NCBI GenBank assembly: GCA_016861205.1
Contig: BOKX01000001.1
Span: forward strand, 603,434-667,433
DNA from: Patescibacteria group bacterium
Lineage (GTDB): Bacteria > Patescibacteriota > Microgenomatia > UBA1400 > PJMF01
DNA: 64,000 nt
Direction: 5' to 3'
Part shown: piece after piece, positions 1 to 9,847 of the stretch
Position numbering within the stretch: position 1 is the first letter of the stretch
How the letters are laid out: each line of letters opens with the position of its first letter
Made by a program: the position numbers and the translations under genes
The notes under the pieces: generated by a model
Databases searched by the model: none
The model's input: the letters and a program-made list of their open reading frames with translations, nothing else
Told to the model about the DNA's origin: nothing

Positions 1-1266
1 GTCAGCCTCACCGGCGTGGTTGATTTTTTTGAGTCCTCGGTCGAGGGTGGCGCCAAACTTAGTTAGCTCGGTAGCCAGCACTTCTTGGACGATCGGGACA
101 TCACGCTTAACTTCGACTCCAAAACCTAACCGCCCATCAACCTCGGCATACTGTTCGATCACTTGCTTCGCGATGCTTTGAAACGTTTTGATTGGGGTGA
201 AGTCACCACCCAAAGCTTGGTTTTTCACCGCAGCACGACGGATCAACCGGCGAAGCACATACCCCTGTTGTTTGTTGGATGGGCGCACCCCATCGACAAT
301 CAACATAGTAGCTGCTCGTAAGTGGTCAGCGATAACTCGGATAGCAGGTTGATATTCTGCCTGGTTATACTCAGCTTTTGTATCAGCAGTAATGGTCTGA
401 ATGGTGTCGGCGAAGGCTGGCGTCTCAAACACATCTTGAGTGTTGTAAGCTGCCGCTAGAATGCGTTCTAACCCACCCCCGAAGTCCACGTTTCGTTGTG
501 GCAGTTCTTGAAACGAACCATCAGCCTGCTTTTGGTACTGCATAAAAACTGAGTTGCCAATCTCCATGAACCGACCGCAGTCACAGTTCACATGACACGG
601 CTCGTCTTTCCAAGCAGACTGCTCATGCAGTTGTAGGTCAGCGCCAAAGTCATAAAAAACTTCACTGTCTGGTCCACCTGGTTCACCGGCTGGCATAGCA
701 GCTGGCACGCCAGAGCGTGACCACCAATTCTTCTTCTCTTCGTAGTAAAAAATACGTCCACCCTGCATCCCATCTCGGTCCGCAAAGTCAACATCTTTGG
801 CGTCAATGCCTTTGGCCTTGAACAACTTTTGCCAAATGGCTACAGACTCAGTGTCTTTGGGAATCCCGAGCTCTTCGTTGCCGCGAAAGACTGTGACAAA
901 CAATCGGTCTGGAGGCAACTGAACTACATCGGTTAAAAAGGTAAAAAACCACTCCAACTGTTCAGTTTTAAAGTACTCACCCAATGACCAATTGCCCAAC
1001 ATTTCAAAAAAGGTGGTGTGTCGGTTGTCACCGACTTCCTCGATGTCCACAGCTCGAAAGGTTTTTTGGGAATCAACAAGCCGGGTCCCTTTTGGGTGCG
1101 ATTGACCTAAAAGGTAAGGCACGAGTGGCTGCATACCAGAGCTGGTAAACAATGTTGTGGGATCATTTTCCGGTACCAGAGCGGCTGACGGGATCACCAC
1201 ATGGCCACGGGCTAGGTCTGTAAAAAAATCTAGATATGCTTGGCGAAGTGTATTAACTGTCCACAT
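1..1266 (-). CDS. alaS: Alanine--tRNA ligase (5' part; runs off the window start)
   Basis: Manual minus-strand translation from ATG 1266: MWTVNTLRQAYLDFF...PSAALVPENDPTTLFTSSGMQP...DIEEVGDNRHTTFFEMLGNWSLGEYFK, classic AlaRS motifs. Not in the ORF track because it has no stop inside the window. Confidence 0.97.
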   Translation of the reverse strand, partial: MWTVNTLRQAYLDFFTDLARGHVVIPSAALVPENDPTTLFTSSGMQPLVPYLLGQSHPKGTRLVDSQKTFRAVDIEEVGDNRHTTFFEMLGNWSLGEYFKTEQLEWFFTFLTDVVQLPPDRLFVTVFRGNEELGIPKDTESVAIWQKLFKAKGIDAKDVDFADRDGMQGGRIFYYEEKKNWWSRSGVPAAMPAGEPGGPDSEVFYDFGADLQLHEQSAWKDEPCHVNCDCGRFMEIGNSVFMQYQKQADGSFQELPQRNVDFGGGLERILAAAYNTQDVFETPAFADTIQTITADTKAEYNQAEYQPAIRVIADHLRAATMLIVDGVRPSNKQQGYVLRRLIRRAAVKNQALGGDFTPIKTFQSIAKQVIEQYAEVDGRLGFGVEVKRDVPIVQEVLATELTKFGATLDRGLKKINHAGEAD

Positions 1267-1334
1267 GGGGTGGATTGTACCAGGTAGCGGCTACTGACGC
1301 TATGAGAACGCCTACGACAATTCAAGTAAAGTAC

Positions 1335-1658
1335 TTAGACCCCTTTAAACTTGGTTTTAGCAGTCTTGGCTTTGGTCTTGGTCGATTTCTTAGCACTTTT
1401 GGCTTCTGGTGGTTGAAACTCACCCAGCCAGCCAGCCACTTTGTACAAGGCATCACGCAAGTTGAGCATTGCCACTTCTGCTGACTCGGGCTCAGTGCGA
1501 GACTGCAAATCTTGTTTGGCCGTGTCCCACTCTCGTTGTAACTCGCGACGGACTTTGTGCCCACGATCGGTGCCAAATAGGAAGTAGCCAGCAGCCCCAG
1601 CAAAAACTCCGAGTGCAAAACCAGTTAGGAATGAACCTTGATCTTGTGATTCTGACAT
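1335..1658 (-). CDS. YtxH-like small membrane-anchored protein
   Basis: N-terminal SFLTGFALGVFAGAAGYFLF then GHKVRREL (YtxH pattern), Lys-rich tail. Confidence 0.65.
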   Translation of the reverse strand: MSESQDQGSFLTGFALGVFAGAAGYFLFGTDRGHKVRRELQREWDTAKQDLQSRTEPESAEVAMLNLRDALYKVAGWLGEFQPPEAKSAKKSTKTKAKTAKTKFKGV

Positions 1659-1666
1659 AGACCTCA

Positions 1667-1936
1667 CTACTCTCGATCTTTAGTTCGCTGTAACCATGTT
1701 ACGAATGTTTCAAACACTTTCATGCCAGTGGTCAAACCTGTGGCCATTCCACCTAACCGTTGGAGAGGCTGCGTAATGGCGTTCAGTTTGGCTTCGGCAA
1801 CATCTAGAGTAGTGTTAACTTTCAGCAAGGTCCGACGAGCCTCCATTAGAACTAGAACCAGGTACACCCCGACTACCGTGAGCACCACAGTTAAAACTAC
1901 TAGGATGACGGCGTACAAAACGGGTAAAAACTCCAT
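1667..1936 (-). CDS. DUF948/YoxC-like membrane protein
   Basis: Long N-terminal TM helix plus coiled segment, directly upstream of a YtxH-like gene (usual pairing). Confidence 0.55.
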   Translation of the reverse strand: MEFLPVLYAVILVVLTVVLTVVGVYLVLVLMEARRTLLKVNTTLDVAEAKLNAITQPLQRLGGMATGLTTGMKVFETFVTWLQRTKDRE

Positions 1937-2023
1937 ACGACTCCTTTATTGGCTGCAGCTGTAGAGTACGCTATTTAGCCTAAGACTGCAACCAAGAACT
2001 CGGCCAAAACGCGTCTTTACTAA

Positions 2024-2668
2024 CTAAAAACTAACGTATACTGTCCGCTGAACAAGCTGGGTTTTGCCCCGACGATCCGTCGCCTCAATGGTGATTGTGG
2101 CTAAACCTTGTCTCGGAATAAAAACTTCTGTCTTAAAGCTACCGTCATTTTGCAAGCTAACTGGTTGCGAGTTGACCAGCACGTTAGCCTCTGGGGCCGT
2201 TTGTCCTTCCACCACCACCTGAGAAGAAACTAGGGCATTTTCTTGTGGTGAAATGAGCGCAACTGCTGGCGGTTGGTTCAGTTGATACCACTGCACGGTA
2301 ATGTAGCCAAACACCACACAAAAAATCAGCCCGACTACCACTACGGCTGCTGTGACTGGTGTCCAAATAAAACGACGCTGTAAGACTGGTTTAATAAACT
2401 CTCGTGGGACCAACTTGCCGCGAGCACTCTCTTTGTAGTCACGGCGCAACAAGGCCAGCAGCGGCTGATAATCGAAACCAAACAACCGGCTGTAGGTCTT
2501 GATGTAACCTTTAACAAAAGTGGCAGCCGGCAACTCGTCGAAGCGGTTCTCTTCTAGAGCTTGCAAGTACTCCAACCGAATCCGAGTTCGCTGTGATAAC
2601 TCAACCAAACTTAAGCGGTGATAGACTCGCTCTGCTTTGAGGATTTCACCGATAGTTCTGGTTTTCAT
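2024..2668 (-). CDS. RodZ-like helix-turn-helix membrane protein with C-terminal Ig-like domain
   Basis: TIGEILKAER...TRIRLEYLQALEENRFDELPAATFVKGYIKTYSRLFG (HTH_25), one TM helix, beta-rich C-terminus. Confidence 0.85.
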   Translation of the reverse strand: MKTRTIGEILKAERVYHRLSLVELSQRTRIRLEYLQALEENRFDELPAATFVKGYIKTYSRLFGFDYQPLLALLRRDYKESARGKLVPREFIKPVLQRRFIWTPVTAAVVVVGLIFCVVFGYITVQWYQLNQPPAVALISPQENALVSSQVVVEGQTAPEANVLVNSQPVSLQNDGSFKTEVFIPRQGLATITIEATDRRGKTQLVQRTVYVSF

Positions 2669-2673
2669 GGTGA

Positions 2674-3105
2674 CTAAATTAACTTCTCCTTAACCAAACG
2701 AGCAATCATGGCCCCATCAGCTTGGTTGCCAACTTTCGCTTTGACAGCTTGCATAACGGGTCCCATTGCTTTCGGTTCAGTGGCAGCAATTACCTCATCG
2801 ATCATGCTACTCAGCTCAGCTTCTGATAACTGAGCTGGCAAGTAACTCTGCAGTATTGCCACCTTTTGTTCTTCTTCAGCTACAATATCAGCTCGGCCAC
2901 CTTTCTCAAACTCGGTGATTGCATCTTTCATTTGTTTGATTTGTTTGGCAACCAATTTTTGAATACCGGCATCGTCCGTTTCACCATTATCAATTTCCCA
3001 ATTTTTGATTTCTGACATCATGAAGCGAATCGTGTTCAACTTCATTGAGTTTCGATCGCGCATAGCTTGTTTCATGTCATCCATGAGTTGTTGTTTTAAT
3101 GGCAT
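2674..3105 (-). CDS. GatB/YqeY domain protein
   Basis: LKQQLMDDMKQAMR...GRADIVAEE...YLPAQLSE...MGPVM...ADGAMI; start moved to ATG 3105. Confidence 0.93.
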   Translation of the reverse strand: MPLKQQLMDDMKQAMRDRNSMKLNTIRFMMSEIKNWEIDNGETDDAGIQKLVAKQIKQMKDAITEFEKGGRADIVAEEEQKVAILQSYLPAQLSEAELSSMIDEVIAATEPKAMGPVMQAVKAKVGNQADGAMIARLVKEKLI

Positions 3106-3114
3106 AGGGTCGTC

Positions 3115-3163
3115 TTTAGCTCGTTTGCCGCAGTCTAAAAAGGCCTGTCGCAAACGAGCTAAA
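3115..3163. repeat. Inverted repeat/hairpin upstream of the YqeY gene
   Basis: TTTAGCTCGTTTGC (3115-3128) and GCAAACGAGCTAAA (3150-3163), 14-bp perfect arms. Confidence 0.8.
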
Positions 3164-3288
3164 ATCCTCAATTTATTAATAACTACTATTATCCACTCTG
3201 GTGGGAACTGTCACATAATTGTATCACCAAGCTGATGGGTCTCGAATGGTAGTTATGGTCAGCCTAGATCACGTGTGATGTGGGCAAC

Positions 3289-3317
3289 AAAAAACCCCCC
3301 GCTTGCGGCGGGGGGTT
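3289..3317 (-). terminator. Rho-independent terminator after the DsbA-family gene
   Basis: AACCCCCCGC-TTGCG-GCGGGGGGTT stem with an adjacent A-run (U-tract on the minus strand). Confidence 0.9.
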
Positions 3318-3336
3318 ACAGTTACACTACCGGAGC

Positions 3337-4152
3337 TTACTTGACGTATTTGTCGAGAGCTACTTTGACTTGATCAAATGGTAAGGCACCTGGAATGAGT
3401 TCAGCTTGATCACCAACTAATATGATCGTGCCAGGAGTACCGTTGATACCGGCGGCTGTTCCGCCGTCCATCTGAGCTTTAACCTTGGCAGCCATCTCAC
3501 CACTATCCAGACACTTCTGGAAGGTGTCCATGTTTACTCCCACAGCTTGGGCCGCTGAAGTAATCGTTTCAGGTGTGATACGACCACCTAACTTATTATT
3601 CTCTTCAAACATTTTGTCACCATATGCCCAGAAGCCGTCGTTGCCCTTTTGCTTGGCCACACACTCAGCTGCTTCGGCTGCCTTTTGAGCGTTGGGATGG
3701 AATGAAAGTGGGAAGTGTCGATACACCCAACGGACCTTGTCCCCATACTCTTTCATGACTTGTTGCATGGTGGGGTGGAATTGAGCACAGAATGGACACT
3801 CAAAGTCAGAGTACTCAATCAAGGTAATCTCTGCATTCTTGTTACCTCGGACTCGATCTTCGTTGGTCACTTTGGGAGCTTTTTTGAGCGTCTCAGGAGT
3901 TGGACCTTCTGGAGCAGCTGCGGCTCCAGCACCAGCCCCAGCACCGGCTGCGCCAGTCCCAGCTGTTGGGAAACCACCAGCTTTGAGGAAGCGATTTTCA
4001 CTCCACAGTGAGCCGGCATAGAAGCCACCCAAAAAGAACAAAATCGCTAAAAAGAAAACGACGAAGTTAGCGTTGATAAAGTTCACAAAACTAGCCAATG
4101 AATACATCGATTCTGATGACCGATACTCACTGACGACTGGTTTAACTGCCAT
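3337..4152 (-). CDS. DsbA-family thioredoxin-like oxidoreductase, membrane anchored
   Basis: EYSDFECPFC, YRHFPL, GINGTPGT; N-terminal TM and Ala/Gly linker. Confidence 0.93.
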   Translation of the reverse strand: MAVKPVVSEYRSSESMYSLASFVNFINANFVVFFLAILFFLGGFYAGSLWSENRFLKAGGFPTAGTGAAGAGAGAGAAAAPEGPTPETLKKAPKVTNEDRVRGNKNAEITLIEYSDFECPFCAQFHPTMQQVMKEYGDKVRWVYRHFPLSFHPNAQKAAEAAECVAKQKGNDGFWAYGDKMFEENNKLGGRITPETITSAAQAVGVNMDTFQKCLDSGEMAAKVKAQMDGGTAAGINGTPGTIILVGDQAELIPGALPFDQVKVALDKYVK

Positions 4153-4290
4153 GCTGCTCCTTGCTGAGTACTAAGTAGTGATACCCTGATGGTTCGCCTA
4201 TCTTGCCTGAGTTAAACTTAAAAAACAAGCGGGGATTTTGTAAGGTGCACTCGGTATAATCCTGAAAAGACGCTGAAATTGCCACGTTTT

Positions 4291-5055
4291 ATGACACCAA
4301 ATACACCACGCCAACTGTCACCCTATGAACGAAATCAATTAGTAAGAAATGGGATTGATCCTGCCACTATTGATCAGTATGGCGACCGACCAGTGGAGTA
4401 CATTACTGGCCGAGTCGAGTTTGCGGGTCATGAGTTTGAGGTGACACCTGATGTGCTCATTCCTCGGATTGAGACCGAAGAGTTGGTTGCGTTCGTCACA
4501 ACCGAGACCACTCACTTTCCTCAACCCCTACGACTGGTGGACATCGGGACAGGCAGTGGAGCCTTGGGTTTGAGTGTGGCAGCCTGGCTGGATCGACAGT
4601 CTTGGACTTTTGAGCTTGATCTCGTCGATGTTTCATCCGCTGCTTTGACCGTAGCGAAACGAAATGCCACCCAGCTTGGACTTCCGGTCGAGCAGTTACA
4701 CTGGCATCAAAGTGATTTGCTGACAGCGGTGTCACCTGATCGCACCTACCATGTAGTAATGGCAAACCTGCCGTATATTCCTACCAGTCGAGTTGCTCAG
4801 CTCGACTCTTCAGTCAAAGACTTTGAACCTATCTTGGCACTCGATGGTGGCCCCACTGGAAGTGAAGTTATTCAGCGACTACTGTCACAGTTGCCGCCAT
4901 ATTTAGCCCAGCAGCATGTTGTTTGGCTTGAGATTGATCACACGCACGAACTACCACATTTGATCGGGGATTTGCAGGGTTGGCAGGGTCAAATTGTCAG
5001 TGATAGCATGGGTCGAAGTCGATTTGCTCGACTAACGTATCAGCTGCCTGCCTAG
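4291..5055 (+). CDS. prmC: Release factor glutamine methyltransferase (HemK/PrmC)
   Basis: RPVEYITG, VLIPRIETEELV, DIGTGSG, ANLPYIP, ALDGG. Confidence 0.93.
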   Translation: MTPNTPRQLSPYERNQLVRNGIDPATIDQYGDRPVEYITGRVEFAGHEFEVTPDVLIPRIETEELVAFVTTETTHFPQPLRLVDIGTGSGALGLSVAAWLDRQSWTFELDLVDVSSAALTVAKRNATQLGLPVEQLHWHQSDLLTAVSPDRTYHVVMANLPYIPTSRVAQLDSSVKDFEPILALDGGPTGSEVIQRLLSQLPPYLAQQHVVWLEIDHTHELPHLIGDLQGWQGQIVSDSMGRSRFARLTYQLPA

Positions 5056-5068
5056 CAAGCTGTAAACC

Positions 5069-6268
5069 ATGGTCATTGCCAAAGATAGCCTTCCCAAAGC
5101 TGTCACACTTTCACCCCACGACTACGAGACGCTCCTTTTTATTGGTCAACTTCAGGACAAAAAAAGATCACTGAAACTAAAAAAACCCATCTCACGGAAC
5201 CTAACTTCTCACGAGCTACAAGTGATCTATCGAACTGCTCAACTCAAGTTGTTGTACTTGGTGATGCAGGCTGAAGATTGCTGGCAAAGTGTGGCTGAGG
5301 TTCAACGACCTAAGCACCCCGATTACTATGTGCACTATCACCATCGTGATCGCAAGACACTAGCCTTTTTAATTCAGCGAGCTATCTCTGATTGGCCAAG
5401 TCTGCCCGTTGAAGACCGCTACATGTTCATAGCCAGATGTTTACAAGATATGGCTGCCACTTCAATAAACACCGCCACCAGTCCTATGTTGAGTGGCGGC
5501 GGGCGAGGCGTCGAAAACCCACGTCACCGACTGAAATGGTGGTCACAAGCAGTAACGGCCACCGAGCGCAATCATCTCATCAAAAGCCTTGCGTTGGCTC
5601 AGAATCAAGGTTCTCAAACTCTTTTTTCGCCAGAAGCTGGCGATCGGATGTTTTTGGACACGTCAGCAAGTTTGAAAATCGCCATCGGTGAAGATGGCCT
5701 TAGCTCTCTGCTACCTATTGAAGAACAGTTCCCGCAGGCTCTCTACAGCTCAGCCACATTTGATCAGATTATACTCAGAGCTGACGGCACAGTTTTGATG
5801 GTCAAAAACTGTTATGAACCTCGGCTGACCCCAGAAGCTGTCTCGAACGAACCAAGTTATGTGCAGTTAGTGGTCCAAATGGCATTGGCCGAACGCTTGG
5901 CACAGAAACTGTATCAGCAAGCCTTTCCCAAACCGACCAGTACGCCACCTTACTTTTTAGTTGACCCTCTTGAGCTCGCATATCAACCAGCAGTCAAAGT
6001 CATCGAACGTTACCCGCTTATTCTCGACACCAAACGGAAAATTTGGGAACGCGATGTTACTCCCAATCCCCAGCAGTTTGCCGATGGTGTCAATCAGCTT
6101 TACCAGCTGAGCGCGTATGCCAGCAACCCGTATCTCTTGGCATTACTGAAAGATCGGCGAAAGAATGCCCACATCCCCACAGAGTTCTGGCCGCGCTACC
6201 AAGTTCCCCAATGGGAGGATCGGAACCAGTACTTCCGACAACTTGGTTTGCCAAACTTCATCGAGTAG
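5069..6268 (+). CDS. Hypothetical protein, possibly a degenerate PD-(D/E)xK nuclease fold
   Basis: 399-aa ORF colinear with its neighbours; SATFDQIILRADGTVLMVKN and YVQLVVQMALAE resemble RecB-like motifs. Confidence 0.6.
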   Translation: MVIAKDSLPKAVTLSPHDYETLLFIGQLQDKKRSLKLKKPISRNLTSHELQVIYRTAQLKLLYLVMQAEDCWQSVAEVQRPKHPDYYVHYHHRDRKTLAFLIQRAISDWPSLPVEDRYMFIARCLQDMAATSINTATSPMLSGGGRGVENPRHRLKWWSQAVTATERNHLIKSLALAQNQGSQTLFSPEAGDRMFLDTSASLKIAIGEDGLSSLLPIEEQFPQALYSSATFDQIILRADGTVLMVKNCYEPRLTPEAVSNEPSYVQLVVQMALAERLAQKLYQQAFPKPTSTPPYFLVDPLELAYQPAVKVIERYPLILDTKRKIWERDVTPNPQQFADGVNQLYQLSAYASNPYLLALLKDRRKNAHIPTEFWPRYQVPQWEDRNQYFRQLGLPNFIE

Positions 6269-6285
6269 TTTACAGTTAGGCTGGT

Positions 6286-7233
6286 ATGACTGCGACTTCC
6301 ACCCCCGTGACCATCGTGACCGGCTTTTTAGGGTCAGGCAAAACGACTATCATTCTGCATCTTGTCGAGCAACTTCAATCTCGCGGTGAACAGGTGGTGT
6401 ACATCAAAAACGAACTCGGTAATCAAGATATCGACACTCAAATCATTAAAACTACTCGTATAGAGACTCGTGAACTACTCAACGGATGTATATGTTGTAC
6501 GCTGGTGGGTCCCTTTACCCAAGCCATCGATGAGCTCATCGCGCGGTTCCATCCCGACCGGGTCATCATTGAGGCGAGTGGGGCAGCTGATCCTTCAGCG
6601 ATTGCCCTCACTGTTTCAAGCCACCCAGGGCTGCGCCGTGATGGGGTTGTCAGTATCATCGACGTTGCCAACTTTGAAGGCTACCAAGACATTAGCACAA
6701 CTGCCCAACATCAAGCCCAGTTCACCGATTTAATCGTTTTTAACAAAGTTGAGTTGGTTGATGAGGCTCGAAAAATGGCGGTGGTTGGTTATGTGCGAGA
6801 ACTAAATCAATATGCCCCAATCGTTGAGGCTGTGGCGGGTAAACTGGATCCGGAATTGGTCTTTGGCTGTCACACCACTGAACTTGAGGCCCTCCTTCAG
6901 ACACACCCCGATCATCACCAGCACCTGACAATGGATCAACTTACGAGTTGTAGTTTTGATCTTGCTACTCCACCTGACAAACAGAGCTTGGAACAAGCTC
7001 TGTCACACCTGCCAAAACAGGTGTTCCGAATTAAAGGTATTATCACTGATACAACCGGCCAAACTTGGCTAGTCAACAAAGTTGGCTCGCGGCTTGACCT
7101 ACAATCAATAACCCCACCAAGCGGTGCTCCGCTTGGTCGGTTGGTTTGTTTGGGTTTTGATGTAACCAACTTGGCACCAGAAATCGAGCACCAATGGCGT
7201 GCAGCCGGACTGGATATCAAGCTACTTCGCTAA
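6286..7233 (+). CDS. CobW/COG0523-family metallochaperone GTPase
   Basis: GFLGSGKTT, NELG, GCICCT, IEASG, NKVE, His-rich linker, FRIKG. Confidence 0.95.
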   Translation: MTATSTPVTIVTGFLGSGKTTIILHLVEQLQSRGEQVVYIKNELGNQDIDTQIIKTTRIETRELLNGCICCTLVGPFTQAIDELIARFHPDRVIIEASGAADPSAIALTVSSHPGLRRDGVVSIIDVANFEGYQDISTTAQHQAQFTDLIVFNKVELVDEARKMAVVGYVRELNQYAPIVEAVAGKLDPELVFGCHTTELEALLQTHPDHHQHLTMDQLTSCSFDLATPPDKQSLEQALSHLPKQVFRIKGIITDTTGQTWLVNKVGSRLDLQSITPPSGAPLGRLVCLGFDVTNLAPEIEHQWRAAGLDIKLLR

Positions 7234-7242
7234 CGAACTCCA

Positions 7243-8307
7243 TCAACTGAGCCGCTTTAGTTGCCAAGCTACCAGATCATAAAACAGCTCGCGCCACTCC
7301 TCAGTGAGCGGCAATCGAGTTATCAACTCGTGAGCACTGGTTTCCAGCTCAAACAACTCTTGATCCACTTTGGCTTTCGCCCCAGAGTCAATGACGAGCT
7401 GACGAACAAAGGTCAAATCACCTTCACCCAAGTCGCTCTTCCCAACCAAAGTCATCACTCGTTGCCAATCTTCATGGGTAACTAACTGCCGCGCATACCA
7501 AAAGTACAGGGTTTGTTTACCCTCTCTGAGGTCTGAACCCGCTGGCTTGCCAATCTGTTCACTGCTACCAAACAGTCCTAGCTCATCATCCTTAATCTGA
7601 AACAGTACGCCGAGTGCCTCGCCAAGTTTTTCCAAGTCGCGTACCACCGCCGAGGTTTGCTGACTGATCAAGGCTGCTGACACGAGTGGCAACACAAAAC
7701 TGTAGCGAGCAGTCTTTTCAATGAAAATGGCTCGAATCTCGTCGTCGCTCAGTTGACGAGTATCGTAACCGGCAATGGTGTCTTTCATCTCACCAAATGC
7801 GGTAAACATCATCTCTTGCGACATACGTTTGATGACGGCGCGAGTAGTGCTTCCGTCAAGCCGGGTGTCGGCAAGCAACTGATTCGCTAAGAAAAAACAA
7901 ATATCCCCCACACACAAAGCTAAGCTTTGGCCAACATGTGGTGCTTGTGGCCACTGGTTTTGTTCAGCCTGTCGTGTGTAGTAGGCAAAAACTGAAGGTT
8001 GGCCGCGGCGAACTTCGTCTCGGTCAATAATGTCATCATGAATGAGAAGCGCATTGTTCAACAACTCCCAGGCTGCACCTAACTTGATCCCATCAGATAC
8101 ATCACCGCCAAAAGCTTCTGTAGCCATCGCGGTCAGACACCCTCTCAGCAGCTTGCCCGCTGCCACTCGCTCGTGCAAAACACGCCATACTTCTGTCGGC
8201 ACCTGTCCCGTGGCTGGTGCAGCCACTTCAGCTTCACGCAACGTTTGCGTTAAAGACTCTGTCAGTAACTCACGATACTGAGTCAGATACTTCATCAGGT
8301 TACTCAT
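7243..8307 (-). CDS. Polyprenyl (geranylgeranyl-type) diphosphate synthase
   Basis: GKLLRG, LIHDDIIDRDEVRRG (FARM), FQIKDDELG (SARM), GSDLREGKQT. Confidence 0.95.
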   Translation of the reverse strand: MSNLMKYLTQYRELLTESLTQTLREAEVAAPATGQVPTEVWRVLHERVAAGKLLRGCLTAMATEAFGGDVSDGIKLGAAWELLNNALLIHDDIIDRDEVRRGQPSVFAYYTRQAEQNQWPQAPHVGQSLALCVGDICFFLANQLLADTRLDGSTTRAVIKRMSQEMMFTAFGEMKDTIAGYDTRQLSDDEIRAIFIEKTARYSFVLPLVSAALISQQTSAVVRDLEKLGEALGVLFQIKDDELGLFGSSEQIGKPAGSDLREGKQTLYFWYARQLVTHEDWQRVMTLVGKSDLGEGDLTFVRQLVIDSGAKAKVDQELFELETSAHELITRLPLTEEWRELFYDLVAWQLKRLS

Positions 8308-8316
8308 GGCTGTATT

Positions 8317-9024
8317 CTAACGCAGTTGTAATCGAAGGCGAGCCCCACCCAGGTCAACCCGTTCTCCACTTGATGATCGGACTTGCACTTCGTATGTTGT
8401 TGGCGAGCTAAACAATGAAAAAGCTGGAGAGGTTTTCCAGGTTGAAGTGGAGGTGTTGTGACTCACTGTAGATTGAGCAAAAATCTGACCTGTACTGGCT
8501 ACCAATCGGGCACTAGCCTCACCCCCCAAAATGGCCAGAGCCGCTTCAAATGTAACTGAACTCAAGCCAGGATATTCAGCTGGATTGATCGTGACGCTTG
8601 CACCTGGAATCGTTTTCCAGCTGGTGTCTGTACTACTCCCAGAACCAAGAAAAATCATAACTTCTCGACTCGAGCTAGCACTCGGTTGCCCTGTGGGAAC
8701 ATTTTTGGGAGTTGGAGTCGGAACTGTCTCTAGCTGGATTACTCGTTGTTCGAGCACCTGAAGCTGGTTGGTTAGCGTTTGCACTTGAACCTGAGCCGGG
8801 AGTGATGAACTGCTTGGCTTGGGCACAAAACTTGGCGTGGCAATTGGCGTTGTGACGGCCGTGACACCCCAAACTGCTTCAAGCTGGGCTTGTGTAGCTA
8901 GTTGTTGATCGCTGAGACGCTGCAAACGCTGATATTGAACAAAGGTAACTGTCCACAACCCAGCCACATTAATCATGAGCAAAATAATAACGGATCGCAA
9001 AACGTACCGCTGAAACGCAGGCAT
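8317..9024 (-). CDS. Membrane-anchored protein with coiled coil, Pro/Ser/Thr linker and beta-rich C-terminal domain
   Basis: N-terminal TM, PTPTP linker; -10 element TATAGT 6 nt before the ATG. Confidence 0.7.
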   Translation of the reverse strand: MPAFQRYVLRSVIILLMINVAGLWTVTFVQYQRLQRLSDQQLATQAQLEAVWGVTAVTTPIATPSFVPKPSSSSLPAQVQVQTLTNQLQVLEQRVIQLETVPTPTPKNVPTGQPSASSSREVMIFLGSGSSTDTSWKTIPGASVTINPAEYPGLSSVTFEAALAILGGEASARLVASTGQIFAQSTVSHNTSTSTWKTSPAFSLFSSPTTYEVQVRSSSGERVDLGGARLRLQLR

Positions 9025-9086
9025 GCTATCACTATAGCAAAGAATCGCTCACGATTTGTGAACAAGTGCTGATTAAAAAAAGGCGA

Positions 9087-9821
9087 TTACTCGGTAAATA
9101 GGGCTAAGTACATTATCAACAAACCAATCCCAAACCAGCCTAAAGCCAGGGCAACATGCTTGAGTCGGCCTTCCTCACGTAGTTCTGGAATTAAGTCTGA
9201 GCTGGCAATGTACAAGAAGCTTCCGGCAGCCACCGGCAACAAATATGGCACTACCGGCTCTGCCCAGGCGCTAAACCCCCAACCAACAATACCTCCCACT
9301 ATCGCTGTCAACGCGACCAGCACATTGGCGAGTAAGGCCCGTTGCTTAGAAAAACCCGCATGCAACAAAACCCCCAGATCGCCTAGCTCTTGTGGTACTT
9401 CATGAAGTGCGATAGCCAACGTCGTGCTCAAACCCAACGCGGGGCTAACCACAAAGGCAGCGGCGATAGTCACCCCATCTAAGAAGTTGTGAATTGCATC
9501 TCCGATCAAATTCAAGTGTCCATACACATGCTCATGACACTCTGTGTCGTGGCAGTGTTGCCAATGCAGCACTTTCTCGATAATAAAAAAAGCCGTAAAG
9601 CTGAGTACTAAAGTCGTCATGGCAGGCATAACATCAATAGTCTCGATCGCTTCTGGAAGCAAATGCCAAAAAGCTGCCCCCATTAAAGTGCCCGCTGCTA
9701 AAGAAACCAACCAATAGGTGTATTTGTGCACAGGCACACGGGCATTGAGTAACAACCAAGCACTCACTAATGATAGGGCACTCACACCGCCAGTCGCTAA
9801 CAAGATCAGGAATAATGTCAT
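9087..9821 (-). CDS. ZIP-family metal transporter
   Basis: HLLPEA, His-rich loop WQHCHDTECHEH, GDAIHNFLDG, HEVPQELGD. Confidence 0.95.
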   Translation of the reverse strand: MTLFLILLATGGVSALSLVSAWLLLNARVPVHKYTYWLVSLAAGTLMGAAFWHLLPEAIETIDVMPAMTTLVLSFTAFFIIEKVLHWQHCHDTECHEHVYGHLNLIGDAIHNFLDGVTIAAAFVVSPALGLSTTLAIALHEVPQELGDLGVLLHAGFSKQRALLANVLVALTAIVGGIVGWGFSAWAEPVVPYLLPVAAGSFLYIASSDLIPELREEGRLKHVALALGWFGIGLLIMYLALFTE

Positions 9822-9847
9822 ACTCACATTGTAGCCGATTGACGAGG

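Noticed and set aside
588-806. 72-aa minus-strand ORF in the track
   Set aside because: Out-of-frame shadow inside alaS.
3915-3965. GCACCAGCCCCAGCACCG-type short repeats
   Set aside because: Simply encode the Ala/Gly linker of the DsbA protein.
4201-4226. Possible fourth TTCAG-type box upstream of the DsbA gene (minus strand TTTAA-N6-CTCAG)
   Set aside because: First half-site is poor and there is no -10 at the expected distance.
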